From Chiloscyllium plagiosum (Eukaryota), in contig NC_057757.1 in the NCBI RefSeq assembly GCF_004010195.1, positions 6,959,402 to 7,023,401 on the forward strand: a DNA stretch of 64,000 nt, written 5' to 3'. Positions 1-11,659 of the stretch are shown piece after piece; positions within the stretch are counted from its first letter, which is position 1; the number at the start of each line of letters is the position of its first letter. Below the pieces are notes generated by a model, which worked only from the letters and a program-made list of their open reading frames with translations, searched no databases and had not been told where the DNA came from. The translations under genes and the position numbers were made by a program.

Positions 1-382
1 GGACCATAAGGAGGCCCCGCCACTGGGGGAGGGGGTCATGGGGACATCTGTTTACTCAGGGTCTCTGTACTAAGAGGGTCTCTGTCTCTGGGAGAGTGGG
101 AGGGGGTCAGTGTCCTTGGGGGACTGGGGAGTTTCTCTGTTGGAGACTAGGTGTCTCTCTGATCCTGGGGAAGTGGGAAGAGCTCTCTCTGTCTCTGGGG
201 TGTTGGGGTGTCTCTGCCCCTGGGGAGTGGGGAGGTCTATCCCTGGGAGAGTGGGGTCTCTGCACTGGGGTAGTGTGTCACTGTCCTTGTGATAGCCTCT
301 CAGTACTTGGTGAGCGGTGTGGAAGGGTGCTGTCCCTCTCTCTCTCTCTCTCTGGCTGTTTTCCTGACTGTGCTACATTCAG

Positions 383-468
383 TTCGAGGGGAGGAGTCAA
401 AGGATGTGGTCGATATTTTCTACCAGAAGGTGAGGTCTTTGCCCCGAGACCAGGCCCCTGTTGTCATG
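383..468 (+). CDS. AP4M1: AP-4 complex subunit mu-1, coding exon 2 (exon 1 upstream of window)
   Basis: AG/GT bounded; encodes (F)RGEESKDVVDIFYQKVRSLPRDQAPVVM, like human [30 protein letters not shown]. Confidence 0.9.
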
Positions 469-899
469 GTGAGTAGATCAGGCTTATTATCATCCGTATT
501 CATAAACTATCTCCCACTTCCTTCCCTCTTCCCTCCAACCCCTCTTCCATGTTCCCCTCACCCTCCACCTCCTTGTCCCCTCCACCCTCCGTCCCTTCCA
601 CCCCCCACTCTCCATTTCCTACTCACCCTCACCTCCACCCCCCCTTTCATCTCCTCCATCCACCCTCACCCCGTACCCTATGCAGACACATGTTGAGATT
701 CTCTGGAACTGCCTTCCTCCTTAGGCAGTACAGTTCGAGCCTGGGGATGTTTCTCTGGTGATTCTGGGTAGATTCTCGACAAGGGTGGTGGGGGTGCGGG
801 GTGGGTGAAAGGTTATCGGGGTGGGGAGGGAGGAAGCAAGGCAGTGAAGGTGAGATACACAGTTCGGCCACGATCTTATCCAACGGCTACACAGGCTAA

Positions 900-1790
900 G
901 GCAGACGATTGGCCTTACACAGTTAATGGTCAGGTCCTGGGAAGTATTATCGAACAGATGGACCTTGGGGTGCGGGTACACAGTTCCTTGAAAGCGGACT
1001 CTCAGCTAGACAGGGCAGTGAAGAAGGCGTTTGGCACACTTTCCTTCATCGCACTGAGTCCAGGAGGTTGGGATGTTGTATTGTAGCTGATCATGCCAGA
1101 GTAATATGTAACATTCTGGTTGCTTGTGGAAGGATGTTGTTAAACTGGCAATGGTGAAAGAAGAATGTTACTTGGTGGTTGAGCTCCAGGGAGAGGCTGT
1201 TTCCCCTGGAGCGTCGGAGGCTGAGGGATGATCTTAGATTAGATTACTTACAGTGTGGAAACAGACCCTTCGGCCCAACAAGTCCACACCGACCTGCCGA
1301 AGCGCGACTCCTTCACCTAACACTACAGGCAATTTAGCATGGCCAATTCACCTAACCTGCACATTTTTGGACTGTGGGAGGAAACCGGAGCACCCGGAGG
1401 AAACCCACGCAGACGCTGGAAGAATGTGCAAACTCCACACAGTCACCTGAGGCGGGAATTGAACCCAGGTCTCTGGCGCTGTGAGGGAGCAGTGCTAACC
1501 ACTGTGCCACCATGCCGCCCACACATCTTATAGAGGTTTATAAAATCATGAGGAGCATGGATAGGCGAACTAGACAAGGTCTTTTCCCTGGGTGGGGGTG
1601 TCCAAAACTAGAGGGTATAGGTTAAGGGTTAAAGGGGAAAGATATAAAAGGGATCTAAGGGGCAACTGTTTCACACAGAGGGTGGTGTTTGTATGGAATG
1701 AGCTGCCAGAGGAAGAGGTGGAGACTGGTGCAATTACAGCATTTAAAAGGCATCTGCACAGGTACCCAAACAGGAATATGGGCTAAACAG
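900..1790 (+). mobile_element. CR1-type LINE 3' fragment interrupted by a SINE
   Basis: YTVNGQVLGS...DLGVRVHSSLK and KTRGYRLRVKGERYKRDLRGNCFTQRVV..WNELPEE, typical CR1 ORF2 C-terminus. Confidence 0.85.
1237..1520 (-). mobile_element. tRNA-derived V-SINE (HE1-like) with ATCTTA target-site duplication
   Basis: Reverse of gggcggcatggtggcacagtggttagcactgct...; (TAATC)n tail; ATCTTA at 1231-1236 and 1525-1530. Confidence 0.85.
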
Positions 1791-1937
1791 AGGCAACTGG
1801 AACTCACTCGGTTTAGGAAACCTGCTCCCCCATTTCCCTGACCCCTCCCACCCTCTGCACCCCTATTTCTCCACCCCTTATTTCCCTTGTTTCTCCCCAT
1901 TCTAATGGTGTCGTCTGTTTGTTTCTCACTCTGCCAG

Positions 1938-2044
1938 CATCACCAGGGCCTGCAGTTTATTCACATCCGACAGGACACGCTCTACCTGGTGGCGACCACA
2001 CGTTGCAACGTCTCTCCGTTCACTGTCGTCCAGTTCCTCGTCAG
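1938..2044 (+). CDS. AP4M1: AP4M1 exon 3
   Basis: AG/GT; HHQGLQFIHIRQDTLYLVATTRCNVSPFTVVQFLV(R). Confidence 0.92.
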
Positions 2045-2309
2045 GTACCGAGATGATTCACCACCTCCCAGTGACCGGGGCATGGTGTGGGTGGGAGGTG
2101 TGGTGGTTCTGGGGCTGGGGGTCATCAGGGTATCCTCTGTCTCTGGTCACTGTCCAAGGGGCTTTGTCTTAGCCAGCCCAGAGCCTGGATTCTGTCAGGT
2201 AGGGCAGGTACCTATCTGCACCCACCACGCACACACTGACTCACAGACTCTGTCACGCAGACACACGCACACTGTCACGCAGACTCGCGGACTCTGTCAC
2301 ACACGCTGT

Positions 2310-3110
2310 CATAAGAACATAAGAGCTCGGAGCAGGAATAGACCGTCCAGCCCTTCGGGCCTGCTCTGCCAGTCAATAAGATCATGGCTGATCCCATCGT
2401 AGACTAAGCTCCACGTACCTGCCCTCTCACCGTAGTCCTGAATTTCTTTACTGTTCAGAAAATTATCTATCTTAGCTTTAAAAACATTTACTGAAGAAGG
2501 GTCAACCACTTCACTGGACAGGGAAGATTCACAACCCTCTAGATGAAGAAGTTCCTTCTCAATTCCGTTCTAAACCTGCTATTTTGAGGCTATGCCCCCT
2601 TGTCCTAGTTGCCAGTGGAAACTTCCTCCATACTTCTCCCTTACCTGTTCCCTTCATAATTTTATATGTTTCTAAAAGATCCCCCCCACATTCTTCTGAA
2701 TTCCAACAAATATAATCCCAGCCTACTCAGTCTCTCCTCATAAGTCAACATCCCTCAGCCTGAGCGACAAATCTTCTCAAAACTTGCTAACATCCCCCCC
2801 AACTCCGGAATCAACCTCGTGAACGTCCTCTGCACCCCCTTCAGTACCTGTACATCCTTTCTGAAGTAATGAGACCAAAACTGCATGCAATACTCGAGGT
2901 GTGGCCTCACCAGCACCCTGTACAGCTGCAACATAATTTCCCTGCTTTTGATCTCAATCTCTTTCGCAATGAAGGACAAAATTCTACTTGCCTTCCTAAT
3001 TGATGTACCTGCAATTCAACCTTCTGACCTTCATATACAAGGACACCCAGGAGCCTCTGTGCAGAAGCATGCTGCAACTTTTTATCATTCAGATAATAGT
3101 CCTTTCTACT
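2310..3110 (-). mobile_element. CR1-type LINE 3' fragment
   Basis: LQLYRVLVRPHLEYCMQFWSHYFRKDV...VQRTFTRLIPEL; (TTCTTAT)-like tail. Confidence 0.85.
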
Positions 3111-3159
3111 GTTATTCCAGTCAAGAACTACACCTCATTCCCTGGACTGTATTTCCAGC

Positions 3160-4152
3160 TGACCCCAGCAGTGTGTGCCACCAGGCTGCCCTCTGACCCC
3201 AGCAGTGTGCGCCACCATAACCCAGGCTGCCCTCTGACCCCAGTGGTGTGAGCCACCATGACCCAGGCTGCCCTCTGACCCTAGCAGGGAGTGCCACCAT
3301 GACCCAGCCTGCCCTCTGACCCCAGCAGGGAGTGCCAGCATGACCCAGACTGCCCTCTGACCCCAGTGGTGTGAGCCACCATGACCCAGGCTGCCCTCTG
3401 ACCCCAGCAGTGTGCGCCACCATGACCCAGCCTGCCCTCTGAACCCAGCAGGGAGTGCCAGCATGACCCAGGCTGCCCTCTGACCCCAGCAGTGGGTACC
3501 ACTGTGACCCAGGCTGCCCTCTGACCCCAGCAGTGTGCGCCACCATGACCCAGCCTGCCCTCTGACCCCAGCAGGGAGTGCCAGCATGACCCAGGCTGCC
3601 CTCTGACCCCAGCAGTGGGTACCACTGTGACCCAGGCTGCCCTCTGACCCCAGCAGTGTGAGCCACCATGACCCAGGCTGCACTCTGACCTCAGCAGTAT
3701 AGGCCACCATGACCCAGGCTGCCCTCTGACCCCAGCAGTGTGTACCACTGTGACACAGGGTGCCCTTTGACCTCAGCAGTGTGAGCCACCATGACCCAGT
3801 CTGCCCTCTGACCCCAGCGGTATGTGCCACCATGACCCAGGCTGCCCTCTGACCCCAGCAGTGTGTACCACCATGACCCAGGCTGCCCTCTGACCCCAGC
3901 AGAGCATGCCACCGTGACCGAGGCTGCCCTTTGACCCCAGCAGTGTGTACCACTGTGACCCAGGCTGCCTTCTGACCCCAGCAGAGAGTGCCACCATGAC
4001 CCAGGCTGCCCTCTGACCCCAGCAGGGAGTGCCACAATGACCCAGGCTGTCCTCTGACCCCAGCAGGGAGTGCCACAATGACCCAGGCTGCCCTCTGACC
4101 CAGCAGGGAGTGCCATAATGACCCAGGCTGCCCTCTGACCCCAGCAGAGAGT
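3160..4152. repeat. 41-bp minisatellite (ccatgacccaggctgccctctgaccccagcagtgtgcgcca)
   Basis: About 24 tandem units in AP4M1 intron 3. Confidence 0.95.
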
Positions 4153-4408
4153 GTCCTCGTGATTCAGGTTGTCACTCATTGTTGACCTTTCCTGAAGCCC
4201 CTCTTGCTGGGTCTCTCCTCACTGAACACCTCGGCCAGTCCCAGCTCCCTATCCCTATTTCGGGCAATCCTTCAAACCCTGTGCTCCTCTGGTGTTCTTC
4301 CCCGATTTCTGCTCCCATGACAAGACAGTTAAAAATCTTTTCATTGCAGTTTCTTTTGCCCAGAGTTTGTTGCGAAGCGAGCAGAGATGTAAACGTTTGT
4401 GTCCTCAG

Positions 4409-4505
4409 GTTGGTCAGTCTCATTAAGGATCACTGTGGAACTCTGAATGAGAAGACGCTGCAGTTAAATTTCGCTCTGGTCTATGAACTGCTGGATGAAA
4501 TGTTG
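4409..4505 (+). CDS. AP4M1: AP4M1 exon 4
   Basis: AG/GT; LVSLIKDHCGTLNEKTLQLNFALVYELLDEML (adaptin mu motif). Confidence 0.93.
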
Positions 4506-4804
4506 GTGAGTTTATACAGAGTGGGTTCCAGGGCAGGTCAGAGACATCGCCCAATCTTCAGACAGAGAATGGGGCTGAGACAGTCCCCTTTTTCAGACAG
4601 AGACAAGGACTGAGACAGTCCCCTTCTCAGACAGAGACTGAGGCTGAGACAGCGCCCTCCTCCTATACAGTTCCCATCTCAATCAGACTGCCGACACGAC
4701 CATCTTGGTCTTCACATGCCACGAATTGAATCAACCTCTGCAGTGCCCGGTCAACAACAGGAACCACCTCCAACCCCACTCTTTTCAAATTGCCCATCAG
4801 AAGG

Positions 4805-5500
4805 GAGCAGGGGGTGGGATTAGTTTGGGATCGGGAAAGGGCTGTGCAGACAGCTTGGGACAGTTGGATTAGTTTGTGATTGAGAGAGGACTGTGGAGAG
4901 ATTGTGGGGCAGTGGGATTAGTTTGGGTTTGACACAGGGCTGTGGGGAGAGAGCAGGGCATTGGGATTAGTTTGGGGTTTGATACAGGGCTTTGGGGAGA
5001 GAGCAGGGCAGTGGGATTAGTTTGGGGTTTGATACAGGGCTTTGGGGAGAGAGCAGGGCAGTGGGATTAGTTTGGGAATTGGCACAGGGCTATGGGGAGA
5101 CAGCAGGGCATTGGGATTAATTTGGGATTGGTACAGGGTTGTGGGGAGAGAGTGGAGCATTGGGATTAGTTTGGGGATTGATACAGGGCTATGGGGAGAG
5201 AGCAGGGCATTGGGATTAATTTGGGATTGGTACAGGGTTGTGGGGAGAGCATGGGGCATTGGAATTAATTTGGCACTGGTACAGGGCTGTGGGGCAGTGG
5301 AATTAGTTTGGGATTGATACAGGGCTGTGGGGAGAGCAGGGCAGTGGGATTAGTTTGGGAATTGATACAGGGCTGTGGGGAGAGAGTGGGGCAGTGGAAT
5401 TAGTTTGGAGATTGATACAAAGCTGTGGGGAGAGAGAGCAGGGCAGTGAGATAAGTTTGGGATTGATACAGGGCTACGGGAAGAGAGTGGGACAGTGGGC
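4805..5500. repeat. ~49-bp G-rich minisatellite (gggattagtttgggattgatacagggctgtggggagagagcagggcagt)
   Basis: About 14 tandem units in AP4M1 intron 4. Confidence 0.92.
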
Positions 5501-5859
5501 TGTAGGAGTGAGGAGAGCTGAGTGACTGAGAATTGAAAACGTCGCTGCTGATTCTGTGGAAGTAAAAAGAGGGAAAGAAATTTGCCCATCCGTGTGAAGT
5601 TATTCCGGGGGCTGAGGATTCTGATCCATGGGGAATCCCAGCAGATAGACATAACAATCAGGACATTTTCCCAGAACATCACACGCTCTGTGGGGATCTG
5701 GCGGAAGGGAGGGGGGAGTGGGTGGATGCACCCACCAGCGATCTGCTCTGAATGGGGCTGACCAGCCCCATTCTGGTGGGACAAGGAATGGGCCCTGTAG
5801 GGTGGGAGGGTGGGGGTGACAGGGTGTCGGTGGAATTGACCGGACTTTCCCCCACACAG

Positions 5860-5970
5860 GATTATGGGTACATACAGACCACCTCCAGCGACATCCTGAA
5901 GAATTTCATTCAAACGGTGCCAGAAACATCCAAACAATTCAACCTCTTTGAACTCAGCAACATTGGCCTG
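5860..5970 (+). CDS. AP4M1: AP4M1 exon 5
   Basis: AG/GT; DYGYIQTTSSDILKNFIQTVPETSKQFNLFELSNIGL. Confidence 0.93.
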
Positions 5971-6543
5971 GTGAGTGTTGGGAGTTGAGCCCCTCCACCC
6001 CTGAATTCTCCCCTCTCATCCTCCCCTCACCCTTTGGCCATTCCCCCATCCGTTCCTCCATCCCCACTTGTCCATCCCTCCCTTCCCTCCTCGATTACCC
6101 CCTCCGTCCATCTTCCCTTGTGCTCTTCCAATTGCCTCCTTGCTCCCCTCGTCCAATTTCCCCCTCCCTCCCCTNNNNNNNNNNNNNNNNNNNNNNNNNN
6201 NNNNNNNNNNNNNNNNNNNNNNNNNNNNNNNNNNNNNNNNNNNNNNNNNNNNNNNNNNNNNNNNNNCACATGTACCCCTCTCTTCGCTCGCTTTCCCTAT
6301 ATTCCACTCTGTCTCCCCACCCCTCTCGCTCGCTTTCTCCCTACCCTGCTCTCTTCCCCCAACTCCTCCCGCCCCCCCCTTCCTCTCATCCCTTGTACTT
6401 CCCCGTCCTCCTGGCCCTCCCCAGGGTGTGCCTGAATGTGCTGGGGGAGCGTGAGGTTCAGGGCTTACAGAGAATCCCAGTTTGGGTGGAGCTCTGTTGG
6501 GCTTCAGAAGCCCCATGTCTCTAACCTATGCTTCCTTTTGCAG

Positions 6544-6624
6544 TTTGGAGCAGACACCCAGCAGAGCAAAGTGGCTCCCAGCATCGCTGCAAGCAGACCG
6601 GTGTTCGCAATGCGCACTGAAGAG
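6544..6624 (+). CDS. AP4M1: AP4M1 exon 6
   Basis: AG/[29 protein letters not shown] (human [20 protein letters not shown]). Confidence 0.93.
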
Positions 6625-6891
6625 GTGATTATCAGGAGCTGCACCCGGTTGTGGGGGGGTGGGGAGGGGTGTTACCCGCTGGGCCTGAGACAACACTCCT
6701 CCCAGTTTCTCAGCAAGGGTCTCCTGAGTAGAGGCCCCCAGGACAGTGACACCACTCCCTCAGATAGAAGTCCCCTGAGAAATGACTCTCACTGGGGAAT
6801 GGGACTGTACGACGGGTACGGGTCCTCTGGGATTGGTCTGGGGGTCCAAACGGAACATTTAATACATACAGATTTTGTATCATCACCACAG

Positions 6892-6954
6892 GGGCTGAAG
6901 ACGGAAATCTTTGTGGATGTCATTGAGCGACTGACGGTGGTCATCGGAGCCAAC
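6892..6954 (+). CDS. AP4M1: AP4M1 exon 7
   Basis: AG/GT; GLKTEIFVDVIERLTVVIGAN. Confidence 0.92.
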
Positions 6955-7153
6955 GTGAGACAATGTTTTATCAGAAGGATTGGTATCTGGGGGTGTGGGA
7001 GTGTGTCAACGCTCTGTATCAGGGCTGGGAGGGTGTGGGAGGTATCGACGCTCTGTGTCAGGGCCCAGGGGGTGTGGGAGGTGTCGATGCTCTGTGTTGG
7101 GTTCAGTGTTCCTGATCTGTCATGACTTACCTCTCACTGGGAATGTGTTCCAG

Positions 7154-7220
7154 GGCAGTTTGATGAGGGCGGATGTTCAGGGAGAGGTGCGGATGAAATG
7201 TTTCTTGCCCAGCAGCACAG
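7154..7220 (+). CDS. AP4M1: AP4M1 exon 8
   Basis: AG/GT; GSLMRADVQGEVRMKCFLPSST. Confidence 0.92.
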
Positions 7221-7722
7221 GTACATGTTCCAGCTCAGCCCTAAACTAATTCCTGCACAAATTCAGGCTGTAAACATGCCAGTCTGTCTGCCTGTCTGTC
7301 CCCTTCTTTCTCCCAACTCTATTCCTTCCACTCTCCCAGCTTCTCTCCCTCCCTCTCTTCTCCCCCCCTTCTCTTCTCCAACTCTCTTTGCCATCCTCTC
7401 TGTCTTTCACTGTCCCTCTCTCCTTCTGTTGCCTCTTTTTGTTCTTCTTTCTCCTTTTTCTTTCTCTCTCTGTCCCTCCCTGCCTTTCTCTTTCACCTTT
7501 ATCTTCCTCCTTTTTCTCTTTCTCTCCCCCCAGCCTCCCAACGTCCCTCCGTCTCTCTCTCCATCCTGAACCTGTTCACATTTGATGATCCTGCTAGCCC
7601 TAGCTTCTCCCCATCACCATCCTAATCTCGGTGTCTCTCATTCTGGGCGGGTCTTAGTAACTTGCAAGATTTTGCCCTCCTCCGGTTATGAATGACACTT
7701 TTTTATTTGTCTCTCCTGCCAG

Positions 7723-7776
7723 AAATCCGAATGGGGTTGAATGAGGAGTTTAGCATTGGGAAAGCCGACATCCGAG
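7723..7776 (+). CDS. AP4M1: AP4M1 exon 9
   Basis: AG/GT; EIRMGLNEEFSIGKADIR(G); ends in phase 1. Confidence 0.9.
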
Positions 7777-8349
7777 GTGAGTGGGTTCGACAGGAGGAGG
7801 GTTGGCGCTCAGGGGATGTAGGGCGTACGGGGTGAAATGATCATGCACTCCGACAAGCCATGCCAACACTCAGTTTCTGTCACCTCACGCACTGCCTGAC
7901 CTGCTGAGCTCCCCCAGCCTTCTGTCTGTCTGTTTGTTTCAGACGTCCAGTCTCCGCGGTGTTTTGCTTTTATAGAATCCTGGCCGATCCAGTCCCTCTT
8001 CACACGTCAGTCCTGCCATCCCAGGAATCAGTTCTTTATACATAACAGCGCAGTACAGGCCCGTTCACAGGATCCGGGTGTTGCTGGGATAGTCCAGCTT
8101 TTATTGTCCTTTTCTTATTGCCCCTTGAACACGGTGGCTGGTCCACGTTGCTGCGGGTCTGGAGTTACATGTAGGCCAGACCGGGTAAGGATGGCAGATT
8201 TCCATACCCTAAAGGGCATTAGTGACTCAGAAGGGTTAGCGCTCGCCTTCTCATTCCAGATTTGGTCACTGAGTTTGAAATGCTACCACTGACCGTCGTT
8301 AGAGTATCACCTTTCGAAGGTTTAACACAGTCCTCTCTGTTCGGAATAC

Positions 8350-9185
8350 TGTTACAACACAGAGTAAACCCCTCTGCTAATTTAAACCCGACACACAAAG
8401 AAGCTCACTTCATGCTACAATCTGTTAAATTTTGAGAGGCAAAGACCTATTCCAGAGTCACTATTTAAAGTAAAAATAAACAATTTTATTCTTTAAGTCC
8501 AAAAAAGAACATTAAACAACTGTTTACAACTCCTTCCTCTTAAACCTACCTTTTACCTCCCACTCGACAATACTGGTCCGATCTGTTCTCCTTGGTTGAG
8601 GGGTCAATCATGAGCAGGCATTTCTTTAGGTAAAGGGTGGGACATTCAGAGGGGATTTGGGAAAATACTTTTTCACTCAGTGGGTGGTGGGAATGTGGAA
8701 TGCACTGTGGCTTGCGAAGGTCGTGGAGGCTGGAAACCTGACAACCTTCAAGAGGTGTTTGGATGAGCACTACAGTATTCTGCCTCACAACTCTTTCATA
8801 TGATCAGGTACCTTTCAGAGAGCTATTCTGCTAACATCTATACTTGTTGGTGTTCTTGGCAGTTCTCCCCCTAACTGTTCAAAATACCCCCGAAGCATCG
8901 AATCATTTCATTGATTTGATGTCATCCCAAACAGTAAAATGCAAATTTGATTGGATTTTGACAGTAAAATGCAAATTTGATTGGACTTTGGTATCTGGGG
9001 AATAATTTCAACTAATTGGCCGAATTTGAATTTGTTGTTGTTCCATGGCAACCCAGCACTAGCTATTTGTGTCAACCAAATGTTACGTTTTTACTTTGTT
9101 CAGGACACTCTGTGCTTTCATTCAGTCCTTGTTCACTTCCTCTCTCTATCTTAAAGGTACAGTACACACCTACGCCTTGACAACA
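8350..9185 (-). mobile_element. Probable solo LTR (TG...CA, 4-bp TSD ATAC) with an internal CR1 fragment
   Basis: atac|TGTTACAA...TTGACAACA|atac; AATAAA on minus at ~8485; CR1-like piece ~8582-8790. Confidence 0.5.
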
Positions 9186-9724
9186 ATACCTCCAAGTTTC
9201 GTGTCATCTGCTAAGTTTGAAACTGTGTCCTGGCCAGTTGAGGAGGGATTGCTCCAGATTGAGGGGGTAGGGAGAACTGTTTTGATGAACACCGAGATAT
9301 TGGAGGCTCTGTTGGGCTTAAAAACAGACAAGTCCCCTGGCCCGGATGAACTGCATCCCAGGCTGCTGTGAGAAGCAAGGCAGGAAATTGTAGCACCTCT
9401 GATGCAAACTTTTAATTAGAGTCATGCAACACGCACATAGACCCTTCGATCCAACCAGTCCCTGCCGACTATAATCTCGAACTAAACTAGTCCCATCTGC
9501 CAACGCTTGGCCCATCTCTCTCCAACATTTGAGTGACTGCAGTCCAGCGGTGTTCCACAAGGATTAGTACTGGAACCCTGAATGTTTGTTTTATATATAT
9601 AAATTATATAGATAAACATGTGGGGGGAATGTTAAGCAAGTTGACAGATGACACCAAGACGGGGGAGGCGGTGTTTTGTGATTGGGATGGGTGAGCTGGG
9701 TGGGGATGTTTTGTGGTTGGGATG

Positions 9725-10179
9725 NNNNNNNNNNNNNNNNNNNNNNNNNNNNNNNNNNNNNNNNNNNNNNNNNNNNNNNNNNNNNNNNNNNNNNNNNNNN
9801 NNNNNNNNNNNNNNNNNNNNNNNNNNNNNNNNNNNNNNNNNNNNNNNNNNNNNNNNNNNNNNNNNNNNNNNNNNNNNNNNNNNNNNNNNNNNNNNNNNNN
9901 NNNNNNNNNNNNNNNNNNNNNNNNNNNNNNNNNNNNNNNNNNNNNNNNNNNNNNNNNNNNNNNNNNNNNNNNNNNNNNNNNNNNNNNNNNNNNNNNNNNN
10001 NNNNNNNNNNNNNNNNNNNNNNNNNNNNNNNNNNNNNNNNNNNNNNNNNNNNNNNNNNNNNNNNNNNNNNNNNNNNNNNNNNNNNNNNNNNNNNNNNNNN
10101 NNNNNNNNNNNNNNNNNNNNNNNNNNNNNNNNNNNNNNNNNNNNNNNNNNNNNNNNNNNNNNNNNNNNNNNNNNNNNNN
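9725..10179. other. Assembly gap (455 N), probable location of AP4M1 exon 10; a smaller gap lies at 6175-6266
   Basis: N run; exon 9 ends phase 1 and exon 11 starts phase 0. Confidence 0.9.
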
Positions 10180-11498
10180 CTCCTTTATCTTTCGCAGTAA
10201 GTTGGTGCAGTCTCATATAAATACCATCATCTGTATTTGTGTTGATGTACAGGGTATTCGAACTTTCCAAACAATTGGATTAGTAGAATTCAACAATGTC
10301 TTTTTGCAAAGTCTTGGAATGTTATCTCTTTTCTAATTAAAACGAGAAAGTGATTTCACTCATTGGCAGGATTGAAGGTCCGAGTCCCAACGTATCTCTT
10401 TCCTCTCAGTTCACTGACAAATTTCCCCTTAGAAAAATCTGTTGCTGGGCAGTAACTTTTTGTAATCTTCAAAGATTATTCATATCAGCAGGTCTTAAAT
10501 GTACCAGCCCAGTTCCCAGTAAAGTGTAATCATTCAGTGACCACACAGCTCCACTTTTCCTTTGAGGTGTGGGGTAAAGCACCTAATAACTGAATTATTA
10601 TTTCCTAATAAAAATCTGTCGTTTGAAGATGAGTTACCTCTCCCATTGCATCCCTCAGCCCCCACAGTTCTTTCTCTCTCACTACCTCTCCGATACATTC
10701 TGTCTCTCCAGCTGACTCTGATGTAGTCTCCTTTCTCTCTCTCTCTCTCTCTCTCTGTCTCTCCCCAGCTGACTGTGATGCAGTATTCGTTATCGGACGA
10801 TCTTCCAGTCTCTCTCCCGTTCCGACTGTTCCCAACTGTGGACAAGGACACCGACAGCAAGTGAGAAACTTCACCTAAAAACTCCTCCCTCACCAGAGTA
10901 GTGTACTGAGAGATTTAGTTGGGGGTAGAGTTGAGGGAATAGTTTGGGTTAAGGAGCAGGGGCCAAGTTTTGTTTTTCCCCCCAAAAGAATCCCCCCGAG
11001 CTCTCCTCTCGCTGATTACACTTTGAATTCCAGGGGCCATGTTTTGTTTTTGCAGGGGCTCCTTTATCTTTCGCAGTAAGTTGGTGCAGTCTCATATAAA
11101 TACCATCATCTGTATTTGTGTTGATGTACAGGGTATTCGAACTTTCCAAACAATTGGATTAGTAGAATTCAACAATGTCTTTTTGCAAAGTCTTGGAATG
11201 TTATCTCTTTTCTAATTAAAACGAGAAAGTGATTTCACTCATTGGCAGGATTGAAGGTCCGAGTCCCAACGTATCTCTTTCCTCTCAGTTCACTGACAAA
11301 TTTCCCCTTAGAAAAATCTGTTGCTGGGCAGTAACTTTTTGTAATCTTCAAAGATTATTCATATCAGCAGGTCTTAAATGTACCAGCCCAGTTCCCAGTA
11401 AAGTGTAATCATTCAGTGACCACACAGCTCCACTTTTCCTTTGAGGTGTGGGGTAAAGCACCTAATAACTGAATTATTATTTCCTAATAAAAATCTGT
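10180..11498. repeat. Identical 440-bp direct repeat (10180-10619 and 11059-11498) flanking AP4M1 exon 11
   Basis: Appears base-for-base identical at offset 879; first copy abuts the N gap. Confidence 0.9.
10769..10860 (+). CDS. AP4M1: AP4M1 exon 11
   Basis: (CT)n polypyrimidine tract + CAG; LTVMQYSLSDDLPVSLPFRLFPTVDKDTDS; GTGAG donor. Confidence 0.9.
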
Positions 11499-11659
11499 TG
11501 TCCTTGCACGACATATATAAAGTAGGCGTTGGTTTCCCAGAGACCACATGTTTAATTTGGCACAAGACAGTCGTCATAAGTTAGCAACGAGAGATTTTTT
11601 TTAAAAAACTGACACATGCTTCCACACACAAAATAGACCATCGCCCTCAATACAAATGA

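Noticed and set aside
3121..4179. Long ORFs (up to 313 aa) on the minus strand
   Set aside because: Translations of the 41-bp minisatellite; repetitive peptides in all frames
7921..7990. Possible AP4M1 exon 10 after a polypyrimidine tract and CAG
   Set aside because: No similarity to the expected exon 10 peptide in any frame
9632..10336. ORFs of 170-212 aa (also 5985-6524)
   Set aside because: Artefacts of N runs
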